Shown one piece after another: positions 39,392 to 49,154 of a DNA stretch of 64,000 nucleotides (position 1 is its first letter; each line of letters begins with the position of its first letter). Source of the stretch: a virus; IMG/VR virus record IMGVR_UViG_3300037245_001077, positions 1 through 64,000 of that record, one strand, 5' to 3'. The position numbers and the translations under genes are program-made. The notes below the pieces were generated by a model. It was not told the origin of the DNA. It did not search any database and saw only the letters and a program-made list of their open reading frames with translations.

Positions 39392-40504
39392 ATGAAGTTC
39401 TGTGTGATCGGTGATCCGCACTTTGCGAATCGCAAGGTCTTTGCACGTCCTACCAAGGTGACAGGCGTCAATAGTCGTCTGTTAGCTACCCGACATACAT
39501 TTGAAACCATTGGTGAAGATCTGGAAGAGGACATTGAACATGTCCTTGTTTTAGGTGATATCACCCATGACCATGGGATACTGACTCCTGCTGTCTACTA
39601 CATGGCCAATTCTGCGTTGTGGGATCTCGCCTGTAATGACCGTGTGGTTCGTGTCCTCTCAGGCAATCACGATATTGATGCCTACGGTATGAGTATCGTC
39701 CCTGTTTTTGAGTATTGGGATGATAATGGAGAAGAGAAGATAGAGCACGTCCAGGCCGGTCAGATGATCTCCCATATGCCTGACGCTGAGGAATGGGTAG
39801 TTTACGGTATCTCCTTCATGTCTCATGCTAGAACTATAGACGCTCTTGAGAGTATGGAGAAACACTTTATGGATAAGCGTGTGGTTCTCTGTATGCACCA
39901 CCACTTTGATGGAGCAGAGCACGGAGTCCATGAGTTCCAGCCAGCCGGTGGGCTTAACCCTAGCGATATCCCTGACTGCGTCGAGGTGGTGCTGAGCGGG
40001 CATTACCACAAGAGGCAAAAGATTGGGAAGCGCATCCTCTATGTAGGTGCTCCGATGCAACAAGATTTCGGAGAATCCACCTATACCCCCGGCTATACAA
40101 TAGTCAAGCTCCTAAACGGTAAACCACCTAAAATCGAGTTCCGAGAGATACCAGCAACGGTAGCGCCCAGATTCCATATCCTGCCTTATAACCTACCCAC
40201 TGCGGACATACCTGGGTTGCCGGAGTCTGACTATTATCGTATCGACATCCCCTATGATTGCAATATGAGTGAGGCACATACGCTGGCGAAGAAACTCAAG
40301 TATGCAGCAGTACGAGTTGTTCCCGTTACATCAGTCCTTCGTTCCCGTGTCGAGAAGCACTTGGCAAAGGAGGGGAAAGAGGGTAAACTGGAACTCGGTG
40401 ATATCATCGAGGCTTACGCGGCTATGAACGCTGAACCAGGACACGTGGATGAGCTTGTTGATCTTGGTATGGACATCGCTAATAAGGTAATCAATGAGGA
40501 GTAG
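39392..40504 (+). CDS. SbcD/Mre11-like metallophosphoesterase nuclease
   Basis: GDPH, GDITH, GNHD, HHH, GHYH motifs; next to the SbcC-like gene. Confidence 0.9.
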   Translation: MKFCVIGDPHFANRKVFARPTKVTGVNSRLLATRHTFETIGEDLEEDIEHVLVLGDITHDHGILTPAVYYMANSALWDLACNDRVVRVLSGNHDIDAYGMSIVPVFEYWDDNGEEKIEHVQAGQMISHMPDAEEWVVYGISFMSHARTIDALESMEKHFMDKRVVLCMHHHFDGAEHGVHEFQPAGGLNPSDIPDCVEVVLSGHYHKRQKIGKRILYVGAPMQQDFGESTYTPGYTIVKLLNGKPPKIEFREIPATVAPRFHILPYNLPTADIPGLPESDYYRIDIPYDCNMSEAHTLAKKLKYAAVRVVPVTSVLRSRVEKHLAKEGKEGKLELGDIIEAYAAMNAEPGHVDELVDLGMDIANKVINEE

Positions 40505-40506
40505 TC

Positions 40507-40704
40507 ATGGCTCAGCTTACAGTTGTCGGTGAAGAGTTTTTGCGGGCGATCCAGGGGGCCGTAGGTGATGAACTACGAGAATCGCGTGGCCCTTATGAAA
40601 TAGTCACTAATCAGGATATCGATTGGTACATGGATCAAACAGCTCAATGGTTAGTGAAACAATACTTTAGGAGTAGAAATGAAGTTCCTGAAGATAAAGA
40701 TTAA
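40507..40704 (+). CDS. small hypothetical protein between the SbcD- and SbcC-like genes
   Basis: GAGGAG RBS. Confidence 0.6.
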   Translation: MAQLTVVGEEFLRAIQGAVGDELRESRGPYEIVTNQDIDWYMDQTAQWLVKQYFRSRNEVPEDKD

Positions 40705-42619
40705 AGACTTCCTAGCTATTGGGTATATTGATCTTGACTTTACGGATAGCACCCGTCTCCTTTTGGGTAAGAACCTAGATAGCCTCGCAGCCGACGACAA
40801 TGGCGCAGGCAAATCCAGCATCGGAGAAGCTATCCGTTGGTGCCTCTATGGGGAGACGGTACGCTCTGCAATTGACAAATCACTTGACGTTCAGCATGTG
40901 ATCCGTAAGGGAACCAAGAAGGCATGGGTGACTCTTGAGGTTGAAGTGGATGGTGTCCTTTACGAGATCTATAGATCGAGGATGAAGAGTAAAGGCGAGT
41001 TCGAGGTGAGGCAACCAGGAGGAGTGGTATACAAGGCGCAGGCAGCGCAGGAAGCGTTAGTTGACCTTTTACCTATAGATGTGGTGCAGTTCGCCAACCT
41101 CGTACATCTCGACGGCTCATACCCTCGGCTCTTTGCGCCCAGCACAGACAGAGACCGTAAGGAGATCCTTGCTGACCTTGTTGACATCGCCATTACCCAG
41201 CAGATGCAGGAAGAAACGACCCAGAGGTTAAGCCCATTGATAGCTCGGGGAGTGTCATTACGGCACAAGATTGATATTCATGTTGCTGATATCGCACGAG
41301 CCAAGGATAAGCAAAAAACCCAACAAGAAGAGGGCAAGGAGTTTACCAAGAAAATCAAGGGTATGGAGGGGTATTTACTTGGTGCTGCGGCAGAGCAGAT
41401 GAGGTTAGAAGGAGAGCAGCTTCGTCTACACAGTGCGTTACAGCAGATGGAGGATGAGGCGGTAGTTGAGCTTGAGAAATTAAAAGATGAGTACAATGAA
41501 CTGGTGGATAAGGTGGCAGAGAACACCCTAGTACTGGAGGTTTGTACGGATTCTTACTTGATGTCTGATCTGGAAGAAGCTGAGGAGCAGCTTAATTCTA
41601 TACGTACTCAACGGGATATCCGAATTAGTAGAATTGGAGACATGCAACAATTACAGCAGTTGAGTAAATGTCCAACCTGTGGCCAGGACACCACGGAAGC
41701 GTTGGAAGCGGATATCCAGTCGCTCACGTCCCAGACAGAAAGGTTTAACGATGAGCTTGCAGGAATCTCAGATGCTATTGAAGGCATTACAGAAAAGCGG
41801 CAATCCAAAATTAGTAGGGCCAGGGATCGTCGCAACAGTCTCGAATCTGAGCGAAATGCAATCGACAAAGAAATCCAATCGCTGGTGGACGTTCCCGAAA
41901 GAAAAGAAACCTCACACCAGCTTACCGAAGTGAGGGCAGACCTCAAAGAAGCAGAGGGGCGAGTCTCGTCTCTCAAAATTAAAATCAACACTAAGAAGGC
42001 TTTGGTAGCACAACTCAAAGATCAATACCTAGATGAAGAGAAATGGATCAAGGATAAGCGTGAGTATCTGGCCTATGCAGAGGTAGAGCTTATCGACACG
42101 GATAAGAGAATAGAGCGCCTGAGTTTCTGGAAGAAGGGATTCGGGCCTAAAGGCGTGCCTAGCCTCTTCATCGAAACGGTGTTGCCTCAGATCTCTAAGC
42201 GGATCCAGAAGTATGCTGACATCCTCACTGGTGGGGATGTACTGGTGGATCTCAAGGCGTACAGTGAAACCAAATCCAATACAATCAAAGAGGCCATCCA
42301 GATCAGTGCAGTCAACACAAAGGGGGCTGCCGTCTACGGTGCTAACTCAACAGGAGAGCGTAACCGTATTGATTTAGCAGTAACGTTGGGTCTCATCGAC
42401 TTCTTCAAGGACACTGGAGCTTTCGAGAGCAACTTGCTGGTGTGTGATGAGATATTCGACGGGTTAGATGCCACGGGGGTAGAGCAGGCACTCATTGCTT
42501 TGGACAAGGCTGACATACCCTCAGTCATTGTTGTCTCACACCATGAGCACTTAAAGCCTTTATTCCCTGAGACTTTGTATGTTCAGAAGGAACATGGCAA
42601 AGCGGAACTAGTGGTATAA
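40679..42619 (+). CDS. SbcC/Rad50-like SMC ATPase
   Basis: NGAGKSS, coiled coil with CPTC zinc hook, signature NSTGE, Walker B LLVCDEIFDGLD, VSH. Confidence 0.92.
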   Translation: MKFLKIKIKDFLAIGYIDLDFTDSTRLLLGKNLDSLAADDNGAGKSSIGEAIRWCLYGETVRSAIDKSLDVQHVIRKGTKKAWVTLEVEVDGVLYEIYRSRMKSKGEFEVRQPGGVVYKAQAAQEALVDLLPIDVVQFANLVHLDGSYPRLFAPSTDRDRKEILADLVDIAITQQMQEETTQRLSPLIARGVSLRHKIDIHVADIARAKDKQKTQQEEGKEFTKKIKGMEGYLLGAAAEQMRLEGEQLRLHSALQQMEDEAVVELEKLKDEYNELVDKVAENTLVLEVCTDSYLMSDLEEAEEQLNSIRTQRDIRISRIGDMQQLQQLSKCPTCGQDTTEALEADIQSLTSQTERFNDELAGISDAIEGITEKRQSKISRARDRRNSLESERNAIDKEIQSLVDVPERKETSHQLTEVRADLKEAEGRVSSLKIKINTKKALVAQLKDQYLDEEKWIKDKREYLAYAEVELIDTDKRIERLSFWKKGFGPKGVPSLFIETVLPQISKRIQKYADILTGGDVLVDLKAYSETKSNTIKEAIQISAVNTKGAAVYGANSTGERNRIDLAVTLGLIDFFKDTGAFESNLLVCDEIFDGLDATGVEQALIALDKADIPSVIVVSHHEHLKPLFPETLYVQKEHGKAELVV

Positions 42620-42861
42620 TGGGTAGGCGGGCTGAGGTTGGTTGTCCTTGGTGTTGTCAAGGAATACCTATACTAAACCAGGCACAGATACCTAAGAAGG
42701 TGTGTGTTAACTGTCGTGAGTTATATGACTATGAACGCGAGAAAGCCCCTAAGGATAAAATGGCAGAGGGGTTTCATCTCCTGAAAGGAGATTGTGATGC
42801 GAAAAATGATATTACTTATGTCGCTGCTACTCACGAGCTTACTGATCGTGAGTCAAAGTGA
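42619..42861 (+). CDS. small Zn-finger-like protein
   Basis: CPWC...CVNC; coupled start. Confidence 0.55.
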   Translation: MGRRAEVGCPWCCQGIPILNQAQIPKKVCVNCRELYDYEREKAPKDKMAEGFHLLKGDCDAKNDITYVAATHELTDRESK

Positions 42862-43351
42862 GGCTCAGCAAATACGAAGCACGTCTCATCGGTCAGCCTA
42901 TCGAGGTGGCCACTCTGTCCATTATGGTGGACACTCCCGAGGCTATCGTGGGTATTATGGTGGACATCGTGGCTATGGTGGCTATGGTGGCTATGGTTGG
43001 TATGGTGGGTCTCACCGAGGCTGGAACTCTGGTTGGTATGGAGGCGTGCGTGTTGGTGTAGGTGTTGGTTGGGGGTTTGGTTGGGGATACCGTTCCCCTG
43101 CGCCCTTACGTGTCTACCACAGTGTTCAGGTTAACCCTTACTACGTGGCCCGTCCACCTCTGGTAGTGGACACCACCTACACTCCTCAGTACTATGTGAG
43201 GGAAGAGACAACAGGTACTGCGGTGGCTGAGAAGGTAGAGATCGTGAAGCTCAAACCAGGAGAGTCAATCCAGAACGGTGGTGTAGTCATCACCAACATT
43301 AACGGTAAGCTCGTAATACTCCAGGCGGTGAAAGACAATGGTTCAGAGTAA
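42797..43351 (+). CDS. signal-peptide protein with a Gly/Tyr-rich region
   Basis: AAAGGAG RBS; signal peptide ending SEA-Q; GYGGYGG repeats. Confidence 0.75.
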   Translation: MRKMILLMSLLLTSLLIVSQSEAQQIRSTSHRSAYRGGHSVHYGGHSRGYRGYYGGHRGYGGYGGYGWYGGSHRGWNSGWYGGVRVGVGVGWGFGWGYRSPAPLRVYHSVQVNPYYVARPPLVVDTTYTPQYYVREETTGTAVAEKVEIVKLKPGESIQNGGVVITNINGKLVILQAVKDNGSE

Positions 43352-43928
43352 GCCTAAAGGCAATTCTTACGAAAACGTGATTGCGACTAAAATCAGAAAA
43401 CATTTTGTGCCTGCTAAGTTCGAGGGTAAGACGGCGCATAACCTAGTTCACCGCACCCCGATGAGCGGTGGGCATGTGGAGAAGGGTGACATCATTATCA
43501 AGCCACCTATCCTCAAATGGTTTCCCTGGTTCATCGAATGCCGCAATCGAGAGTCTTGGTCGTGGAAGAATGTTATGGAGAAGGGGAGAGAGAGTGTCAT
43601 TGGCACGTGGTTCTGGGAGGACGCAGAAGAAAAATGTCATGCTTATGACCATGACGCCTCGTACCCTCGTTACCCTCTCTTGGTGTTCACGAAGAACTTC
43701 GAGAAGAACTATTTTTGTGCAGAGATAGGAGATTTCATAGAGGTTCTTTTCACGGATGTCAGTGGTGCTACCCGAGAAGATATCATGCTCGCCCTTAACC
43801 CTTCTTGTCTTTGGATAGGACGCTATTGGGTGATTGGACGGTTTAGCACGCTCATGGTGTTACACAACAACCCCCCTGAGGCAGTAGCGCAGGGTATCCA
43901 TGAGTATTTGGGAGAGAGCAATGAGTGA
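43338..43928 (+). CDS. PD-(D/E)xK Holliday junction resolvase-like nuclease
   Basis: KGNSYE, RTPMSGG, GDI, FIECRN (the usual Lys is replaced by Arg). Confidence 0.7.
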   Translation: MVQSKPKGNSYENVIATKIRKHFVPAKFEGKTAHNLVHRTPMSGGHVEKGDIIIKPPILKWFPWFIECRNRESWSWKNVMEKGRESVIGTWFWEDAEEKCHAYDHDASYPRYPLLVFTKNFEKNYFCAEIGDFIEVLFTDVSGATREDIMLALNPSCLWIGRYWVIGRFSTLMVLHNNPPEAVAQGIHEYLGESNE

Positions 43929-44529
43929 GAACGTACTGGTCCTCGTGGACGTGCAGAACGTGTTCTACGGCTCTAAGAGCTATTCCAATAACCAACAGCA
44001 GGTTGACTACGAGAAGTTGTTGGAGGTGATCAATGAAGAGGTAGTGGATTACTTTGACAACGCTATAACTGAGGAGTCTAAACTCTTTAGTTATCATGGG
44101 CTGTCTGACTTAATGTCGGGGGTAGTGGCTCACAGGACTGAGATACATATGGAGGTGCGTGGGTATGTGGTGAGAACTCCCAAGTATCGTGGAACCGCAC
44201 TGTTTGCCTTCCTACGTAAGATCGGGTATAGCCTCTGCGTGCGCTATTTCCCTGACGACCACCGCGAGGATGATGAGTGGAAGGGTACAGTCTCCAACAT
44301 CATGCAAATGGACCTCATTCAAGAGTGTGTGAATTACGATGCTGTTGTGGTAGTATCAGGCAATGGAGTATTCGAGCCTGCGTTCAAGGCGATGGAGCAC
44401 AACTGGAGTCATGTACACCGTATTATCTGCGCCTTCAAGGACACTCTTCATGAGACCTATACGAGGCGAGATGACTTGGTAGACCACATTATTCATTTGG
44501 ATGACCGTGTATTGCGTAACAGCAAGTAG
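43921..44529 (+). CDS. NYN/PIN-like domain protein with a degenerate active site
   Basis: VLVDVQNVFY; VVVSGNGVFEP in place of SGDGDF. Confidence 0.7.
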   Translation: MSENVLVLVDVQNVFYGSKSYSNNQQQVDYEKLLEVINEEVVDYFDNAITEESKLFSYHGLSDLMSGVVAHRTEIHMEVRGYVVRTPKYRGTALFAFLRKIGYSLCVRYFPDDHREDDEWKGTVSNIMQMDLIQECVNYDAVVVVSGNGVFEPAFKAMEHNWSHVHRIICAFKDTLHETYTRRDDLVDHIIHLDDRVLRNSK

Positions 44530-44537
44530 GAGTTAAG

Positions 44538-45326
44538 GTGGTTAAGAAGGCAGTATCTCGCACTAAAAAATCTACTGCTCGCACGAAGAAGACGCGCAAG
44601 CTCAAGAATCCTAACACGGGTAAGATCGTTGTGATCAAGGCGTATGACCGATACCCCGAGGAGTTCCGGTACATAGCTAAGATGATGTATATCACCGGAA
44701 GAGCTGGCGTAACTGAAATCTCCAAGCAGCTCAACATCCCGAAGAGGACGTTGGACACCTGGCACCGCAGAGATAAGTGGGTACTGTTACGTCGTAAGGT
44801 TCAACGGTTAGCTAACAAAGATGCGGTGAAGATAGCCCGTAAGTCAATGAGCGTCTACGTTAGAGACATTGATAGAGGGCTGAACACCATGATGGCTAAC
44901 CTCAACACGCGCCTGGATGAGATAGAGGATGACAACAAGATCAAGAGCGAGGCGGTTATCTACAAGAACCTCCTCGACCTTTGGCGTATAAAGATTGCTT
45001 TGATACGAACACTCACCTATGGTGTACAGGGCAAAGCATTTACGCCTCATCCCACAAATATGTTATTCGATGGTACAGAGGCACAGGCAAATCAGCCACA
45101 ACAGAAATTATTCTCAGCTAGTGCAGTTGAAGATATAATGCAGGTTATCCCTGATTATATGCAGGAAGCAGCCAAGCTAATCCTGGGCGTTGGGCCAGAG
45201 GATTGGGACGATAATGTACTTGATGCCGTCATAGAGTATCTGGACGAAGCCGAGGATGAGGGTCTAGGCGAGGACGGTACTACCGTGACTAATATGTTAA
45301 TGGAAGACGAAGAGGAGAACCAATGA
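44538..45326 (+). CDS. HTH protein, terminase small subunit-like
   Basis: AKMMYITG...TEISKQLNIPKRTLDTWHRRDKW followed by a helical region. Confidence 0.55.
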   Translation: MVKKAVSRTKKSTARTKKTRKLKNPNTGKIVVIKAYDRYPEEFRYIAKMMYITGRAGVTEISKQLNIPKRTLDTWHRRDKWVLLRRKVQRLANKDAVKIARKSMSVYVRDIDRGLNTMMANLNTRLDEIEDDNKIKSEAVIYKNLLDLWRIKIALIRTLTYGVQGKAFTPHPTNMLFDGTEAQANQPQQKLFSASAVEDIMQVIPDYMQEAAKLILGVGPEDWDDNVLDAVIEYLDEAEDEGLGEDGTTVTNMLMEDEEENQ

Positions 45327-46006
45327 GTATCAATGACCCCAAGAGGTTCGTGAAGAAGATCGTGACACCTGGAGAGGCAGCACACCAAGCGGCCTTGGGA
45401 CTTCAAGGCAACCCACAAGGCGAAGAGTTGAAGCGTGTCAAGGATGACATGGTTAGGATGATGCAGCAGAGTAAGGCCACCGCAATACGGCTCAATGCAG
45501 TCATGGACTACATGGGCTACATCGGTATGTTCCTGACTCAAGAGCTAGATGAGAAGGGTTTCCCCAATGGCCCAACGTCTACGCCTCTCAGTTGTTCTAA
45601 CATGATCTTCGAGGGGCTGGTTGACAAGGGTTTGATCAGTTGTATGCCTGAGTATGGCTTTGATGCCTTCTTCGTAGAGCATCAGAAGCTCTCGGATGTA
45701 TTGATTCTGTTGAACCAGGCGCGTCACCAGGGCAATGCCACTATGAAAGATTTGATTGGTGCAGCACGCGAGTTCAATGATGATCCTAAGCGTATTACCA
45801 AGATACGTGGTGAGCAGATTGGGCTAGTTGAGTATTTGAATACCAACCCGGATAAACTCATAATGGATGACGTTGTCGCTCTTGGTAAAGAGTTTGAGTT
45901 GAACATCGACTTCACAAAAGAGGAGGATGAGGATGCCACAACTGACCAAGAGGACGAGAACAAGGAGACAGAGGGAGTGTCGTCTGGGGAAGATACTCCG
46001 CAATAA
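45323..46006 (+). CDS. hypothetical protein
   Basis: 227-aa ORF with an AGGAG RBS. Confidence 0.75.
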   Translation: MSINDPKRFVKKIVTPGEAAHQAALGLQGNPQGEELKRVKDDMVRMMQQSKATAIRLNAVMDYMGYIGMFLTQELDEKGFPNGPTSTPLSCSNMIFEGLVDKGLISCMPEYGFDAFFVEHQKLSDVLILLNQARHQGNATMKDLIGAAREFNDDPKRITKIRGEQIGLVEYLNTNPDKLIMDDVVALGKEFELNIDFTKEEDEDATTDQEDENKETEGVSSGEDTPQ

Positions 46007-46160
46007 AATAATGGCTTACATCACCTTGGCTGAGGCCATAGATGTGGGAGAGAATACTGTTGGTCAATGGGTAGCAGGTAAGACAGTACCAAATGCACTC
46101 GTAATGGATGACGTGTGCCAATATCTTAGCTGCAAACTAAACGATATCTATCCACAGTAG
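45933..46160 (+). CDS. XRE-type HTH regulator
   Basis: LAEAIDVGENTVGQWVAGKTVP. Confidence 0.7.
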   Translation: MPQLTKRTRTRRQRECRLGKILRNKIMAYITLAEAIDVGENTVGQWVAGKTVPNALVMDDVCQYLSCKLNDIYPQ

Positions 46161-46171
46161 AGGAGGACGCT

Positions 46172-46351
46172 ATGTTCGAGAAGGGTCAACGTGTTGTTAT
46201 TCGTACCCCTAACAAAGAAGAGGTGGTGCTGGTTGAGGAGATTCTAACTGGTGATAACGGGCAAATGCTCCGAGTGAAGGATCCTATCACGGGTCGTAGC
46301 AGGGTGGTGAACCCCGTCAAAGAGACCATCGTTGAGCATCTTGAAGACTAA
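46172..46351 (+). CDS. 59-aa small beta-rich protein
   Basis: GAGGAGG RBS; MFEKGQRVVIRTP...; below the ORF-track cutoff. Confidence 0.6.
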   Translation: MFEKGQRVVIRTPNKEEVVLVEEILTGDNGQMLRVKDPITGRSRVVNPVKETIVEHLED

Positions 46352-46377
46352 TTTACTCTCACACTGGAGGTAAAACA

Positions 46378-47289
46378 GTGTCCAATATCGAAGTAAAAAC
46401 CGTGAAATTTGGGAGTATAGAATTACAATACATTGAAGAGGAGACTGGTGTCCTTCTTTTTTCTGTTCAATCATTAGCTAAGGGTTTTGAGATCAGGGAT
46501 GGTCACTCAATTTGGTACCGCAAACCAATTCAAAAGTATATTAGTTTCCATAAGACAGAACGGGGTAAACGGGCGCTTCGGTTCCTTACGAAGGAAGGTG
46601 TCTACCAACTACTTGCATGGCGACACCCTGTTTGGGAAGTGGATTTCTATAAAACCTTTGAGGCAAAGGATCCCTTGGATTCTTTGATTGATCCCTTGGG
46701 TGTTATACCCCCGGATAACCTGGAGAATGGCCCGATTAGCCCGATTAATGTTGTGCCTACTCTTATACGGTTGGATGAGCGTCAGGACAAGATGGACATC
46801 AAGTTGGACAAGCTGATTGAGCTGGTGGGTACACCGACTGCTGCTGTTGTTCGTAACCCCAAGCTCATTCCTATTTGGGGTACCGAGAGCATGGTGCGTG
46901 TACCTTCAAAGGCTGAACATCTTTTCATAAATATGGGTAAGGCTCGAATGTGGAATAGAACTCCTCGGGTATTGAATGGATCTCCTATGTATACTCATGT
47001 TGAGGGTTATCGTACCTACAAGGAGATGCTTGCTGTTGCTGGATTGGATATCCTCATCAGTACCCAGAAGGGACGTGATCTTTCTCGTCGAATGGCAATG
47101 CTTGCTCGGAAGCATGGAATCAGTTACTATTTGGTAGTGGATGCTCTGCGCTATCATCAGAACCATCTTAAAAATAAGCCGACCACGTTGCATATTGGTA
47201 CATACAGTATCAATGCGTACCCCAAGGAGCTTTGGGCTGTAGTGGAGCCAGTCGCACAGAAATATCTTGACGAATTGAGTAATGGCTGA
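46378..47289 (+). CDS. Bro-N/antirepressor-like DNA-binding protein
   Basis: F....L......LFSVQSLAKGF...RFLTKEGVYQLL pattern; GGAGG RBS. Confidence 0.6.
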   Translation: MSNIEVKTVKFGSIELQYIEEETGVLLFSVQSLAKGFEIRDGHSIWYRKPIQKYISFHKTERGKRALRFLTKEGVYQLLAWRHPVWEVDFYKTFEAKDPLDSLIDPLGVIPPDNLENGPISPINVVPTLIRLDERQDKMDIKLDKLIELVGTPTAAVVRNPKLIPIWGTESMVRVPSKAEHLFINMGKARMWNRTPRVLNGSPMYTHVEGYRTYKEMLAVAGLDILISTQKGRDLSRRMAMLARKHGISYYLVVDALRYHQNHLKNKPTTLHIGTYSINAYPKELWAVVEPVAQKYLDELSNG

Positions 47290-47313
47290 TACTATCCATA
47301 AATAGGAGGACAA

Positions 47314-48650
47314 ATGGCCGAAGAGAATGAAGATCCTGAGTATCCTGAAACACCTGAGTTAGACAAGATGGCTCAGTTCACGGACAAGTCTCAGCATATC
47401 GGGGAGTTCCTTGACTGGCTGTTGGGGGAACGTAACCTCATGTTCGCTAGATGGCCTGACGAGGATGAGGAGAGTGAGTGGTCGTTAGACAGCCCCATCC
47501 CTGAGTGCCTAGACATCAATGGGCTTCTAGCAGAGTACTTTGGAGTTGACTTGGTGAAGGTAGAAAACGAGAGACGTAGCATCCTTGAGTATCTGAGAGG
47601 GAAGTGGAAGGATGAGCCAGTACCTCCAGTAAAGGTTGTCGTTACCTCTGGTGATGACGTAGAAGAGACCGAGATCAAAGGAGAACCAATTGCGTAACGA
47701 TGTAAGAGCGTGGGGCGACATCGGAGCCATGATGTGCATCCATCCAAGGACTTGCGCCAAAGCCAAGTATGCCCGAGCCATCATCGCTTGGGTTCCTGCT
47801 TTGGGTGAGGCTATGGACCAGGATAACTTGAGAGGTCAAGTCCTCCGTGGTCTCCACTGGGTGACTCCGTTGTTCATCGGACCACGTATTGTTCAGTGTC
47901 TCGTCTGTGGCTCCCTCGTGTTCATGAACAAGATGAGTAGAGAGATCATGAAGGGTATCCGATTTGTGTTTGACCCCGAGGTAGAGTGGTACGAGAGCAT
48001 CCTGTTGATGGCAGAGGATGTGGATGCGTGGGGCGAAGACTTCTCGGATAAGGCAGGACTCAAAGCTACCAAGCATTAGGTTGACAAGTGGTTGACGATG
48101 TGCTGTAATGGTTGATGTGATCGATAACTTCTAAAGGAGAGGCTAGTGAAGATCAAAGAAATCACAGTGGGTGGATCGTACACGTTCCAGCCCCAGGCTT
48201 ACCACTCCGCAAGGGGTGAGGCATCCTTCACAATAGAGTTGGAGGAGGGAGATGATCTTGAGCAGATCGAAGAAGAGGTTCGTAGCCGAGTCGTCCAGAC
48301 CATAGTGAGAAGTCTCGCAGGTGTGGATGAGGTACACCAGAAGCTCGCCGTGCAGGGTTTAAGCCCAAGCGACTTGGTGGAACAAGACCCCGAGGATGAC
48401 ATCCTCACGGGTGACGAAGGCAGCGAGTGGTTATAGAAGGGAGCCAAACATGGATCAGGAAAAGGTATTTGATGCAGAGGTAGTAGATGATGCGTTGCAC
48501 GCGGTACAGGAAGGAACCATGCCAGCCATCTTGAAAATGTACGGTGCGGGCTTGCTGGTGGCCATGTTGCTGACATTGGTCACTTACACGTTGAAATTTG
48601 TAGCTGGTGGTGGACTGACAAGCGTTATCAACCCAGGCGACTTTAATTGA
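47314..48650 (+). other. hypothetical CDSs (47314-47697, 47690-48079, 48146-48436, 48450-48650)
   Basis: + strand ORFs with RBS. Confidence 0.65.
48081..48109 (+). promoter_or_regulatory. extended -10 sigma70 promoter
   Basis: TTGACA-17 nt-TGTAAT with TGn. Confidence 0.7.
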
Positions 48651-48654
48651 GTGA

Positions 48655-48761
48655 GGGGGATAGAGGAGCATCACGCGGAATCGTTCTCAGCAGACAATTC
48701 TTAGAAAGGGCTACCTCCTTACTGATGCCTTTCTAGCGTAATCCCACTATCCCCCATTTTT
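48655..48761 (+). ncRNA. candidate structured RNA with an anti-SD loop
   Basis: GGGGGATAG/CTATCCCCC closing stem, inner TAGAAAGG/CCTTTCTA stem whose loop contains ACCTCCTTA, then a T-tract. Confidence 0.45.
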
Positions 48762-48771
48762 GGAGCACGTA

Positions 48772-48939
48772 ATGCAGATCAGAATCCTTGAGGACACCGA
48801 ACTAAAGATCACAAAGAAGAGGGGGCATCGTGCCCCCTCTCGTACTAGGAAACATAGGTATGTGAAGAGATATCTACAGGTTAAGAACAGCAAGACATTC
48901 ATCAGAATAGAGCTTGATGAAGACCTTGACAAGATGTGA
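48772..48939 (+). CDS. 55-aa basic protein
   Basis: GGAG RBS; MQIRILEDTELKITKKRGHRAPSRTRKHRY... Confidence 0.55.
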   Translation: MQIRILEDTELKITKKRGHRAPSRTRKHRYVKRYLQVKNSKTFIRIELDEDLDKM

Positions 48940-48963
48940 TATACTTCAATCATGAGATTCATA

Positions 48964-49080
48964 GATAGAAGTCCCTGGCCCCATCACCATAATCCAAACA
49001 TGACGATGAGTCAGGCCCACCATACGTCCCACCATACTTCCATCCATAACAACCCACCAACAATACCGGGGACTTCTATC
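48964..49080 (+). ncRNA. candidate structured leader or ncRNA
   Basis: 15-bp stem GATAGAAGTCCCTGG/CCGGGGACTTCTATC enclosing a C/A-rich loop; lies just downstream of TG-a-TATACT (48937-48945). Confidence 0.4.
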
Positions 49081-49154
49081 GCCTCTATAGCTATACCACT
49101 GTATAACCTTCAGAGCATGAACAAAATCACCATGCCTAAAGCAAGAGGAACACC

